This document shows positions 38,406 to 45,397 of a DNA stretch of 45,397 bases, piece by piece. The translations under genes were made by a program, and so were the position numbers. The DNA is taken from positions 1 through 45,397 of the forward strand of contig JAYRND010000372.1 of NCBI GenBank assembly GCA_041904885.1. The letters are read 5' to 3'. Each line of letters begins with the position of its first letter. Within the stretch, counting starts at the first letter, position 1. Source of the stretch: Burkholderiales bacterium (lineage in GTDB: Bacteria; Pseudomonadota; Gammaproteobacteria; Burkholderiales; SG8-39). Under the pieces are notes generated by a model that worked only from the letters and a program-made list of their open reading frames with translations, made no database searches and was not told where the DNA came from.

Positions 38406-39627
38406 GCAGGTCCCCGCACAGCTCCAGATGCCGCAGCGTGGCGCCGCGATGCGCCGCGCAGAAGTTCCTGCCAGCCTCGCCCATCGCCGCACGCCTGCCG
38501 GGATCCGCAAGCAGCGCAACCGCCTGGTCGATCGCGGCAGCCGCATCCGCCGCCTGCAGGGCGGCGCCCGCCGCCAGTGCAAGCCGCGTCGCTTCCGCGA
38601 AATTGAAGCTGCTCGGGCCGATCACCACCGGCACGCCGGCCGCGCAGGCCTCGATGAGATTCTGCCCGCCGCGCGGCACGAACGAGCCGCCGACCAGCGC
38701 CACGTCGGCGGCAGCGTAGTAGAAGTCCATCTCCCCCATCGAGTCACCGAGATGCACGCGGTCCTCCGGCGAGGGATTCCGCGTCTGGCTGCGACGCGAC
38801 TGCGCGAGCGGCGCGACTTCGTCGAAGCGCCTCGCATGCCGCGGCACGATGAGCACGAGCAGCTTGCCATCCCAGGCCGGCAGCGCGTCGAGCAGGAGCT
38901 TCTCCTCCCCCTCGCGGGTGCTCGCCAGCAGCAGCACGGGCCGCGCGAGGCGCTCGCGCCATTGCCTGCCTTCCGCAAGTTTCGCTTTGTCCGGCGCGGT
39001 GTCGAACTTCAGGTTGCCCGCCACTTCGACGCGGGGCGCGCCTAGCGCGCGCAGGCGTGCTGCGTCCTCCTGCGTCTGCGCGCAGGCAAGGCGTAGCGAC
39101 GCGATGGCGGGCCGCGCGAGGCCCGGCAGCCGCGCGTAGGCGCGCGCGGAGCGTTCCGTCATCCGCCCGCTCGCCAGCACGACGGGCACTCCGGCGGCGC
39201 GGCAGGCGGACAGCAGGTTCGGCCAGATCTCGGTCTCGACCAGCAGGCCGCATGTCGGCCGGAAATGCCCGAGAAAACGCCGCACCGCACCCGGCAAGTC
39301 GTAAGGCAGCCAGGCAACGGCAATCGACTCGCCGTGCAATTCCTCCAGCGTGGCGCGCCCCGCTGCCGTAGTGCAGGTCACCAGCAGATCGTGCCCGCGA
39401 TGGCGGTCGGCAAGGCCCCTCACCAGCGCTGCGCTCGCCCGCGCCTCGCCCACGGAAACCGCGTGCACCCAGAGGAGCGGCCGGGTGCGACCGGCCTCCC
39501 GGTAGTAGCCGAAGCGCTCGCCGACCCGGCGCCGGTACGCCGGCTCGCGCGCGCCGCGCCACCAGAGCCGCGCGAGCACGAACGGTGCGGAAAGATAGAG
39601 CGCAAGCGTGTACAGGGCGCGCCACAT
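38383..39627 (-). CDS. waaA: 3-deoxy-D-manno-octulosonic acid (Kdo) transferase
   Basis: MWRALYTLALYLSAPFVLARLWWRG...LWVHAVSVGE is the classic KdtA N-terminus. Length is 414 aa from ATG 39627. The 3' end overlaps tolC by 23 nt (convergent). Confidence 0.92.
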   Translation of the reverse strand: MWRALYTLALYLSAPFVLARLWWRGAREPAYRRRVGERFGYYREAGRTRPLLWVHAVSVGEARASAALVRGLADRHRGHDLLVTCTTAAGRATLEELHGESIAVAWLPYDLPGAVRRFLGHFRPTCGLLVETEIWPNLLSACRAAGVPVVLASGRMTERSARAYARLPGLARPAIASLRLACAQTQEDAARLRALGAPRVEVAGNLKFDTAPDKAKLAEGRQWRERLARPVLLLASTREGEEKLLLDALPAWDGKLLVLIVPRHARRFDEVAPLAQSRRSQTRNPSPEDRVHLGDSMGEMDFYYAAADVALVGGSFVPRGGQNLIEACAAGVPVVIGPSSFNFAEATRLALAAGAALQAADAAAAIDQAVALLADPGRRAAMGEAGRNFCAAHRGATLRHLELCGDLLRAPARD

Positions 39628-40598
39628 CAGGAAGACTCGAGCAGTCCGGCCAGCGCCGTCTGCACATCCTTCAGTTCGGGCGGCATGCCCGCCGCTCCCA
39701 GATTGCGCACCCGATCGCTCCCGCGCAATCCGGTGAGCGCAGGACTGGAAGCGCAATACAGCCCGAGGACCGGAATTCCCAACGCCGCCGCAAGGTGCGC
39801 GAGCCCGGTATCCACGCCGACTGCAACGCGTGCGCCCCGTGCGAGGCGAGCAAGCTCGGCAAGCGACATGCGCTCGGGCACCAGGGCGCCGGGAATCGCC
39901 GCCGCGATTCGCGCGCAACGGCTCCGTTCCTCTTCCGACCCCCAAGGCAACAGGCAGACGATCCCCTGTCCCTTCAACCACCCGCCAAGCCCTCGCCAGC
40001 GCTCTTCCGGCCAGAGCTTGTCCCTTCGGCTCGTCATCGTGAGCAGCAGCGCGAAGGCGGGGGAATCCGGCAGGCGCGGGCGGGGCGAAGCGCTCTGCTC
40101 GATGCGCAGGCCGTAGTCGCAGCCGGGACCCGGGACGTATCCGAGCGCGGCTGCCGCCAGGCGGCGATTGCGCTCGATCGCGTGCAGCCCGGCCGGCACC
40201 GTGTGCGCCACATCATAGAACCGCGCCGCCAAGGACTCGCGCGCGCTCTCCCGATCCAGGCCGTGCCGGCGGCCGCGTGCAAGCGCCGCGACCAGCGCGC
40301 TCTTGATCAGGCCCTGGCTGTCAATGATCACGTCGTAGCACTCGCCACGCAGCACTTCGCCGAACGCCCGGGCCTGCGACCAGGTCCCGGGGGCGAGCGG
40401 CGCTCCGCGCCAGCGCCGCAGCGCGATCCGGATCACGCGCCGCACCGATGCATGCAGCTCGGCGACCTCGGCAAAGGATTCCTCCACGACCCAGTCGATC
40501 TCGGCACCCGGCACGTGGCGAGCCGCGTCGCTGACGGCCGGGCAGTTGTGCACGACATCGCCCAGCGACGAAGTCTTCACGAAGAGGATGCGCGGCAA
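39627..40598 (-). CDS. waaC: Lipopolysaccharide heptosyltransferase I (GT9)
   Basis: The N-terminus reads MPRILFVKTSSLGDVVHNCPAVSDAARHVPGAEIDWVVEESFAEV, with GVDTGLAHLAAALG later. It uses a TTG start, and its stop overlaps the waaA start. Confidence 0.88.
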   Translation of the reverse strand: MPRILFVKTSSLGDVVHNCPAVSDAARHVPGAEIDWVVEESFAEVAELHASVRRVIRIALRRWRGAPLAPGTWSQARAFGEVLRGECYDVIIDSQGLIKSALVAALARGRRHGLDRESARESLAARFYDVAHTVPAGLHAIERNRRLAAAALGYVPGPGCDYGLRIEQSASPRPRLPDSPAFALLLTMTSRRDKLWPEERWRGLGGWLKGQGIVCLLPWGSEEERSRCARIAAAIPGALVPERMSLAELARLARGARVAVGVDTGLAHLAAALGIPVLGLYCASSPALTGLRGSDRVRNLGAAGMPPELKDVQTALAGLLESS

Positions 40599-40692
40599 GG
40601 GGAAAGGCCCTCAGGGCGTGGGCTAGAATACCGCCTTGTTTTCACGCGATTTTAACTTGCGATTCTAACCCCCTAGCGCGGCGGGCTTTCCC

Positions 40693-41439
40693 TTGCCACT
40701 GTCCGTCGTCCTGGTCACTCGGAATGCCGCAGCCCAGCTGCCCGACTGCCTGGCGAGCGTCGCGTTCGCCGATGAGGTGGTGGTGGTCGATTCCGACAGC
40801 GACGACGGCACTGCGGAAGTCGCCGCGCGGTTCGGCGCGCGCGTCGTACGCAAGGAGTGGCTCGGCTTCGGCCGCCAGAAGCAGTTCGCTGTCGAACAGG
40901 CGACGCACGACTGGGTCCTTTGCCTCGACGCCGACGAGCGGGTTTCCCCCGAGCTTGCGGCGAGCCTGGTACGCACACTGATCGCGCCCGCGGAGCCCGT
41001 ATATCGGATGGCGCGCCGCAACCGCTTTCTAGGCCGCTGGCTGCGCCACGGAGAGGGTTACCCGGACTGGAGCGCGCGGCTGTTCGACCGGCGCAGGGCG
41101 CGCTGGAGCGATGACGCGGTGCACGAGAAGGTGATCGGCGAGCCGGTCGGCACGCTGGACGGCGACCTGCTGCACGAATCGGCGGAGGACCTCGGCCGCT
41201 ATCTCGAGAAGCAGAACCGGTATACCTCGCTCGCCGCGGCCGAGCTCCACCGCCAGGGGCGCAGCGCGGGAATCGCGGATCTGGCGATCTCGCCGCTCGC
41301 CCGCTTCGTCAAGTTCTACCTGCTGCGGCGCGGCTTCCTCGACGGCCTGCCCGGCCTGGTGCATATCTCCATCGGCTGCATGAACAGTTTCATGAAGTAC
41401 GCCAAGCTCATGGAGCTGCGCAGGGAAGCCGGCCGATGA
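40693..41439 (+). CDS. Family 2 glycosyltransferase (LPS core, KdtX/WaaE-like)
   Basis: Motifs include LSVVLVTRNAAAQLPDCLASV, VVVVDSDSDDGT and LCLDADERV. It uses a TTG start. Confidence 0.85.
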   Translation: MPLSVVLVTRNAAAQLPDCLASVAFADEVVVVDSDSDDGTAEVAARFGARVVRKEWLGFGRQKQFAVEQATHDWVLCLDADERVSPELAASLVRTLIAPAEPVYRMARRNRFLGRWLRHGEGYPDWSARLFDRRRARWSDDAVHEKVIGEPVGTLDGDLLHESAEDLGRYLEKQNRYTSLAAAELHRQGRSAGIADLAISPLARFVKFYLLRRGFLDGLPGLVHISIGCMNSFMKYAKLMELRREAGR

Positions 41440-42017
41440 TCGGACCGGCGGCCCGCGAGATCGTCGAGTTCCATGACCGCGGAGCCGGCACGACGCATGG
41501 GGCCACGCTCTGGCGCGCCATCGAGGAGAACCACCGCTGCAACGGGCTGCTCTGGGACGAAGAGGACCTGGCGCGGCGCAGGAACGTGCCGGACAGCGAA
41601 ATCGCCGGCAACAAGCGCAGCATCGACCGCCTCAACCAGCAGCGCAACGACGCGATCGAGAAGATCGACGAGCAGCTCCTCGCCCTGCTTGCCGCGATCC
41701 AGCCCCGGCCGGATGCGGAGCTCCACAGCGAAACGCCGGGGTCGATCATCGACCGGCTGTCGGTCCTCTCGCTCCGGATCCGCCAGATGAAGCTGCAGTC
41801 CGAGCGCACCGACGTCGCGCCCGCGCACGTCGAGGCCTGCCTCGGCAGGCTGACCCGCCTGCACGAGCAAAGAGCGGATCTCGCCGGCTGCCTGGACCGG
41901 CTGCTCGCCGACTGCGCCGCCGGCAACCGCCGCTTCAAGGTCTACCGCCAGTTCAAGATGTACAACGACCCCGCGCTGAATCCGGCGATCTATGGCGAGA
42001 GCAAGCGCTCCAGTTGA
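41436..42017 (+). CDS. DUF4254 domain protein of unknown function
   Basis: Signature segments are LWDEEDLAR, NKRSIDRLNQQRNDAIEKID, SETPGSIIDRLSVLSLRI and KVYRQFKMYNDPALNPAIY. The start overlaps the GT2 stop (ATGA). Confidence 0.75.
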   Translation: MIGPAAREIVEFHDRGAGTTHGATLWRAIEENHRCNGLLWDEEDLARRRNVPDSEIAGNKRSIDRLNQQRNDAIEKIDEQLLALLAAIQPRPDAELHSETPGSIIDRLSVLSLRIRQMKLQSERTDVAPAHVEACLGRLTRLHEQRADLAGCLDRLLADCAAGNRRFKVYRQFKMYNDPALNPAIYGESKRSS

Positions 42018-43021
42018 GCGTAGACGCGGTCGTCGGGCAGCTCGCTGACGTTTCGCGGCGCCTCCAGCCACGCCGATCTGGGCCCGCGCGGCGCCCAATG
42101 GACCGGCGACGGCGAATTGGCGGCGTCCGCGAACAGGCCGAGAACGCCGCCGGGGCTTGCCGCCGCGAAATGCATCAATCCGGAGTCGGGAAACACGCTG
42201 GTGCGCGCGCTCCAGATGAGCCCGAGCGCCTCGCCGATCGGGCCGCGGAACGGATGAAGCTGCGGCGCGAGCCCTCGCGATGCAGCCTCGACGAGGGGTC
42301 GCGCGGCGGAGTCATCCCCTGGATAGAGCGGCTCGCGCGCCGCTCCGGGAGTCCACATGAATACCGTATCGAGGCCCCAACGTTGCTTGAAATGCGCGCT
42401 CCAGGCGAGCACCTGCTCGCTTGCCGGGCGCTTCTTCGCCCGCCTCGTGCCCAACCCGAGGACGATGTACTGCCGCGGCTCGAGCGCACGCCCGGCAAGC
42501 CAACGCGCCGCGAACGCCGCGGATGACGGGGGCAACGCATAGCGCGGAACGCCGGCCGGTCGCGTCGACGAGATGCCGAGCGGAGCAAGCAGGCCCAGCA
42601 ACCGGTCGACCTCGTGATTGGCGACATCCAGCGCCAGCGGGTCGCTCAAGCCGGGATAGTTCGCCGCATCCGCGCATCGCGCGACGGTTCGGGCGCCGTG
42701 CAGGGAGAGCCCGCGCCGGATGGCGCGCGGCGATTCGTCGCCGTTGGCGATGACGACCCAATCGAAGCACTCGCGCCGCAATGCGCCCCGCTGCCGAAGC
42801 CAGTCCCAGGCGGCGCCGATGCGCACGCGGCCGCCGTGGCGAACACGGCGGTAGACCCAGATACGGTCGACGTGCGGATTGCCCTCCGCGACCCACGCGT
42901 TGTAGTCGTTCGCGAGCAGGTGCGTCTCCGCGCCGGGGAGGGCCTCCTTCAGTCGCGCAAGCAGCGGCGTGGTGAGCAGCAGGTCGCCGATCTTGTCGCG
43001 CTTGAGGACGAGGATCTTCAT
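41990..43021 (-). CDS. Family 9 glycosyltransferase (putative LPS heptosyltransferase)
   Basis: MKILVLKRDKIGDLLLTTPLL is a GT9 N-terminus, with FPDSGLMHFAAA later. The 3' end overlaps the DUF4254 gene by 28 nt (convergent). Confidence 0.85.
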   Translation of the reverse strand: MKILVLKRDKIGDLLLTTPLLARLKEALPGAETHLLANDYNAWVAEGNPHVDRIWVYRRVRHGGRVRIGAAWDWLRQRGALRRECFDWVVIANGDESPRAIRRGLSLHGARTVARCADAANYPGLSDPLALDVANHEVDRLLGLLAPLGISSTRPAGVPRYALPPSSAAFAARWLAGRALEPRQYIVLGLGTRRAKKRPASEQVLAWSAHFKQRWGLDTVFMWTPGAAREPLYPGDDSAARPLVEAASRGLAPQLHPFRGPIGEALGLIWSARTSVFPDSGLMHFAAASPGGVLGLFADAANSPSPVHWAPRGPRSAWLEAPRNVSELPDDRVYAQLERLLSP

Positions 43022-43038
43022 CGCAGAGCAAGCCGGGA

Positions 43039-43058
43039 GCGGCGATTATAATCGCCGC
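43039..43058. promoter_or_regulatory. A 20-bp perfect palindrome, GCGGCGATTATAATCGCCGC, with a TATAAT readable on both strands. It is a candidate divergent promoter core and operator.
   Basis: The palindrome is exact by inspection. It sits centrally in the 46-bp gap between the divergent GT9 (ATG at 43021) and GT4 (ATG at 43068) genes. Confidence 0.45.
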
Positions 43059-43067
43059 CTCGCCTCG

Positions 43068-44192
43068 ATGATTCACATCCACCACGTCAACCTGCACCGG
43101 TTCGTCGGTGGCGGGGAGATCTACACGCGCGCGCTGACGCGGGCGCTGCTGGATGCCGGCGCGCGCGTGACGCTGTACGCGCATCCGGCGGCGGACCTGT
43201 GGGACGCGCTCTCGGGCGAGCGCTTCGACCGCGTCCCGGTCGAAGACGAGCGGCAGCTGCTCGGGCGGCTGCCGGGAAGCGATGCGATCGTCCTCACGCA
43301 GAGCCCGCTATCGAGGGACTGCGTCGCACGGGTGGCCGCAAGCCGCCGCCTCACGGGTTTCGCGCACATGCCCGCCTACCGGCGTAGCGTCGAGGAGTTC
43401 CGTCCCTACCGCCTCGTATTCACCGTTTCGAACTACTGCATCGGCCTGCTGCGGCAAGCGGGCCTCGCACAGGTCTACCCGGAGCCCATTTACGGCACCG
43501 CAGATCTCGCACGCGCGCCCGTCCCGCTGCGGCGGCGCTCGCCCTACGTCGTCGATCGCAGGAAGCTGCGCGACATCCTGCTCGGCCAGTTCCGGACGCT
43601 GCTCGGCCGCGAGGAGACGGGCGAGCCCTTTGCGAAGGCGCGAGGCCTCACGCTTGGGCTGGTCTCGCTGATCTCTCCGATCAAGCAGTTCCCGGCGCTG
43701 TTCGCGTTGCTCGCCCCGCTGATGGCGCAAAAGCGCGAAGTACGGGTGGAGATCTTCGGCAACGGCGGCTATGCGCAGGTTCGCGACCTTCGGCGTGCTC
43801 TCGCCCCGCTCGGGCCGCGCGCGCGCTTCTGGGGCTACCAGCAGGATGTCGGTGCGATCTATCCGCAGCTCGACTTCCTGATGACGGGCCTGCCTGAGAA
43901 GGAAGCGCTCGGCCTGAACGCCATCGAAGCGCAGGCTTGCGGAACACCCGTGCTCGCGCCGGATGCGCCTCCCTTCACCGAAACAGTCGTCGAGGGCGCG
44001 AGCGGTTTCCGCTACTGCGATCCGCGCAAGGACCAGGGCCGGCATTTCGCGCAGATTCTCGACATGATTCTCGCCGGCCGGCCTCGGCCCGATCCGCGCA
44101 TCGAGGCGAGAGAACATCTCCAGCAGTTCAGCCATGCGGCGCTGGTCGCCCGCGCGCGCGGGATGATCCAAGCGCTTTCCGACCTAAAATAG
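43068..44192 (+). CDS. GT-B fold glycosyltransferase (family 4/1)
   Basis: The N-terminus reads MIHIHHVNLHRFVGGGEIYTRAL. The C-terminal EX7E region reads EALGLNAIEAQACGTPVLA...E.VVEGASGF. Confidence 0.85.
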   Translation: MIHIHHVNLHRFVGGGEIYTRALTRALLDAGARVTLYAHPAADLWDALSGERFDRVPVEDERQLLGRLPGSDAIVLTQSPLSRDCVARVAASRRLTGFAHMPAYRRSVEEFRPYRLVFTVSNYCIGLLRQAGLAQVYPEPIYGTADLARAPVPLRRRSPYVVDRRKLRDILLGQFRTLLGREETGEPFAKARGLTLGLVSLISPIKQFPALFALLAPLMAQKREVRVEIFGNGGYAQVRDLRRALAPLGPRARFWGYQQDVGAIYPQLDFLMTGLPEKEALGLNAIEAQACGTPVLAPDAPPFTETVVEGASGFRYCDPRKDQGRHFAQILDMILAGRPRPDPRIEAREHLQQFSHAALVARARGMIQALSDLK

Positions 44193-44195
44193 ACC

Positions 44196-45397
44196 ATGTC
44201 GAAAAGCATCGTCCCGGTCATTCTTTGCGGAGGAGCAGGCAGCAGGCTGTGGCCCGTGTCGCGCCAGCTGCTGCCCAAGCAGTTCTTGCCGCTCGTCACC
44301 GGACGCACCCTACTGCAGGATACCGCTCTGCGCGCGCTCGAGGCTGCGGGGCCGGCGCAGCCGATCGTGATCTGCAACGAGGCGCATCGCTTCCTCGTGC
44401 AGGACCAGCTCGCTGAGGTCGGCGTCGCGGCGCGCATCGTCCTCGAGCCCGCGGGCCGCAGCACCGCGGCCGCAGTCGCGGTCGCCGCGATCGCTTGCGA
44501 GAAGGACGACCCGGTGCTTCTCGTGCTCGCATCCGACCACGCCATTCGCGGCGCGCAGGCCTTTGGCGACGCCGTAAAGCGCGCGGCCGCCGTCGCGGCT
44601 TCCGGCAAGCTGGTGACGTTCGGCATCCCGCCGGCGAGACCGGACAGCGGATTCGGCTACATCGAGCGCGGCGCCAGCCTGCGCGACGGGTCCGGAGCGT
44701 TCGAGGTCGCCCGGTTCGTGGAAAAGCCGGCGGAGGCGAAAGCCCACCGCCTGATCGGCACCGGCCGCGCCTACTGGAACAGCGGCATGTTCGCTTTCGG
44801 CGCGAGGCGCGTGCTGGAGGAGCTCGGCCGCTACCGCCCTGACATCCTCGCCGCGGCGCGCCGGGCCGTCGTGGGGGCGAGCAGCGACCTTGACTTCCTT
44901 CGGCTGGGCAGGGAAGCCTTTCTCGCCTGCCCCGCCGAAGCCATCGACCGCGCCGTCATGGAGCGCACCGCCGACGCGGCGGTGATTCCGGCCGAATTCG
45001 ACTGGAGCGACGTCGGTTCCTGGGATGCGCTGTGGGACCTTGCGGACAAGGACGAGAGCGGCAACGCCGTGCGTGGCGACGTGCAGCTGCAGGATACGAG
45101 GGATTCGCTCGTGTTCAGCGACCGGAGGCTGGTGGCGACACTGGGCGTGGCGGGCCTGATCATCGTCGACACCGACGACGCGGTGCTGGTGGCCGACCGC
45201 TCGCGCAGCCAGGACGTGCGCGAGGTGGTGGAGGACCTGAAGCGCGCCAACCGCTCCGAGCACCTGAGCCACACGCGCGTCTACCGGCCCTGGGGATACT
45301 ACGAGTCGGTGGACGCGGGAGAGCGCTTCCAGGTCAAGCGGCTGATGGTGAAGCCCGGCGCCGCGCTGTCGCTGCAGCTGCACCGCAAGCGCGCCGA
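44196..45397 (+). CDS. manC: Mannose-1-phosphate guanylyltransferase / mannose-6-phosphate isomerase, 3' end truncated by the window edge
   Basis: This ORF is not in the track because it runs off the window. My own translation from ATG 44196 gives MSKSIVPVILCGGAGSRLWPVSRQLLPKQFLPL...GFGYIERG...YWNSGMFAF...VYRPWGYYESVD.GERFQVKRLMVKPGAALSLQLH. The 357-aa minus-strand ORF in the track is its antisense shadow. Confidence 0.9.
   Translation, partial: MSKSIVPVILCGGAGSRLWPVSRQLLPKQFLPLVTGRTLLQDTALRALEAAGPAQPIVICNEAHRFLVQDQLAEVGVAARIVLEPAGRSTAAAVAVAAIACEKDDPVLLVLASDHAIRGAQAFGDAVKRAAAVAASGKLVTFGIPPARPDSGFGYIERGASLRDGSGAFEVARFVEKPAEAKAHRLIGTGRAYWNSGMFAFGARRVLEELGRYRPDILAAARRAVVGASSDLDFLRLGREAFLACPAEAIDRAVMERTADAAVIPAEFDWSDVGSWDALWDLADKDESGNAVRGDVQLQDTRDSLVFSDRRLVATLGVAGLIIVDTDDAVLVADRSRSQDVREVVEDLKRANRSEHLSHTRVYRPWGYYESVDAGERFQVKRLMVKPGAALSLQLHRKRA

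Noticed and set aside
36951-38582. A 543-aa minus-strand ORF antisense to tolC
   Set aside because: It is a shadow ORF with an Arg/Leu/Gly-rich product. The plus strand encodes a TolC family protein with a signal peptide.
40628-40635. The minus-strand GGCGGTAT upstream of waaC, a 7/8 match to the ops element (GGCGGTAG) of RfaH-dependent LPS operons
   Set aside because: The motif is short and GC-rich, so it is expected by chance in this composition. It is mismatched at the last position, and RfaH/ops control is established mainly in enterobacteria. There is no JUMPStart context visible.
44310-45383. A 357-aa minus-strand ORF, the only track ORF over this region
   Set aside because: The opposite strand translates into a clear ManC/CpsB-type protein (GGAGSRLWP…, RPWGYYE…). 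That ORF is missing from the track only because it runs off the window end.

Overview
This is a 45.4-kb, high-GC chromosomal segment (roughly two-thirds G+C by eye). It is very gene-dense, and gene content and order look like a betaproteobacterium-type genome (a lineage guess only). I call about 42 protein genes, nearly all recognisable core functions. Left to right: an acid-sugar catabolic module (TRAP permease tail, DUF1537 kinase, PdxA-family dehydrogenase, UxaA/GarD-like dehydratase); rsmE; argA; yggX; an atypical response regulator; rpiA; the pyruvate dehydrogenase operon aceE-aceF-lpdA (the E3 carries an extra lipoyl domain); folD; prlC; a DUF4124-glutaredoxin protein; xthA; aceB; the nitrogen block glnA-DUF4124-ntrB-ntrC with a clear sigma-54 promoter and NtrC sites; a rhodanese; uppP; an alpha/beta hydrolase; a disrupted HD-GYP gene; thiC with its TPP riboswitch; a five-gene tetR-MFP-RND-methyltransferase-tolC efflux operon; and an LPS-core cluster (waaA, waaC, GT2, DUF4254, GT9, GT4, manC, the last truncated by the window end). 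I found no rRNA, tRNA, CRISPR array, transposase, integrase or phage genes. I also see no convincing multi-gene system of unknown function such as a defence island. The many long Arg/Ala/Pro-rich ORFs in the track are alternative-frame or antisense artefacts of the high GC content. The observations most worth follow-up are: (1) the HD-GYP gene split by an in-frame TAA and also carrying an HD-to-QD change; (2) the DUF4254 gene translationally coupled into the LPS-core cluster; (3) a 20-bp perfect palindrome with back-to-back TATAAT boxes between two divergent glycosyltransferase genes; (4) the DUF1537/PdxA/UxaA-like combination and its missing canonical start codon; (5) candidate leaderless starts for folD and the rhodanese gene; and (6) the methyltransferase embedded in the RND-tolC operon. 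All family assignments come from reading motifs in the translations. No database search was run.
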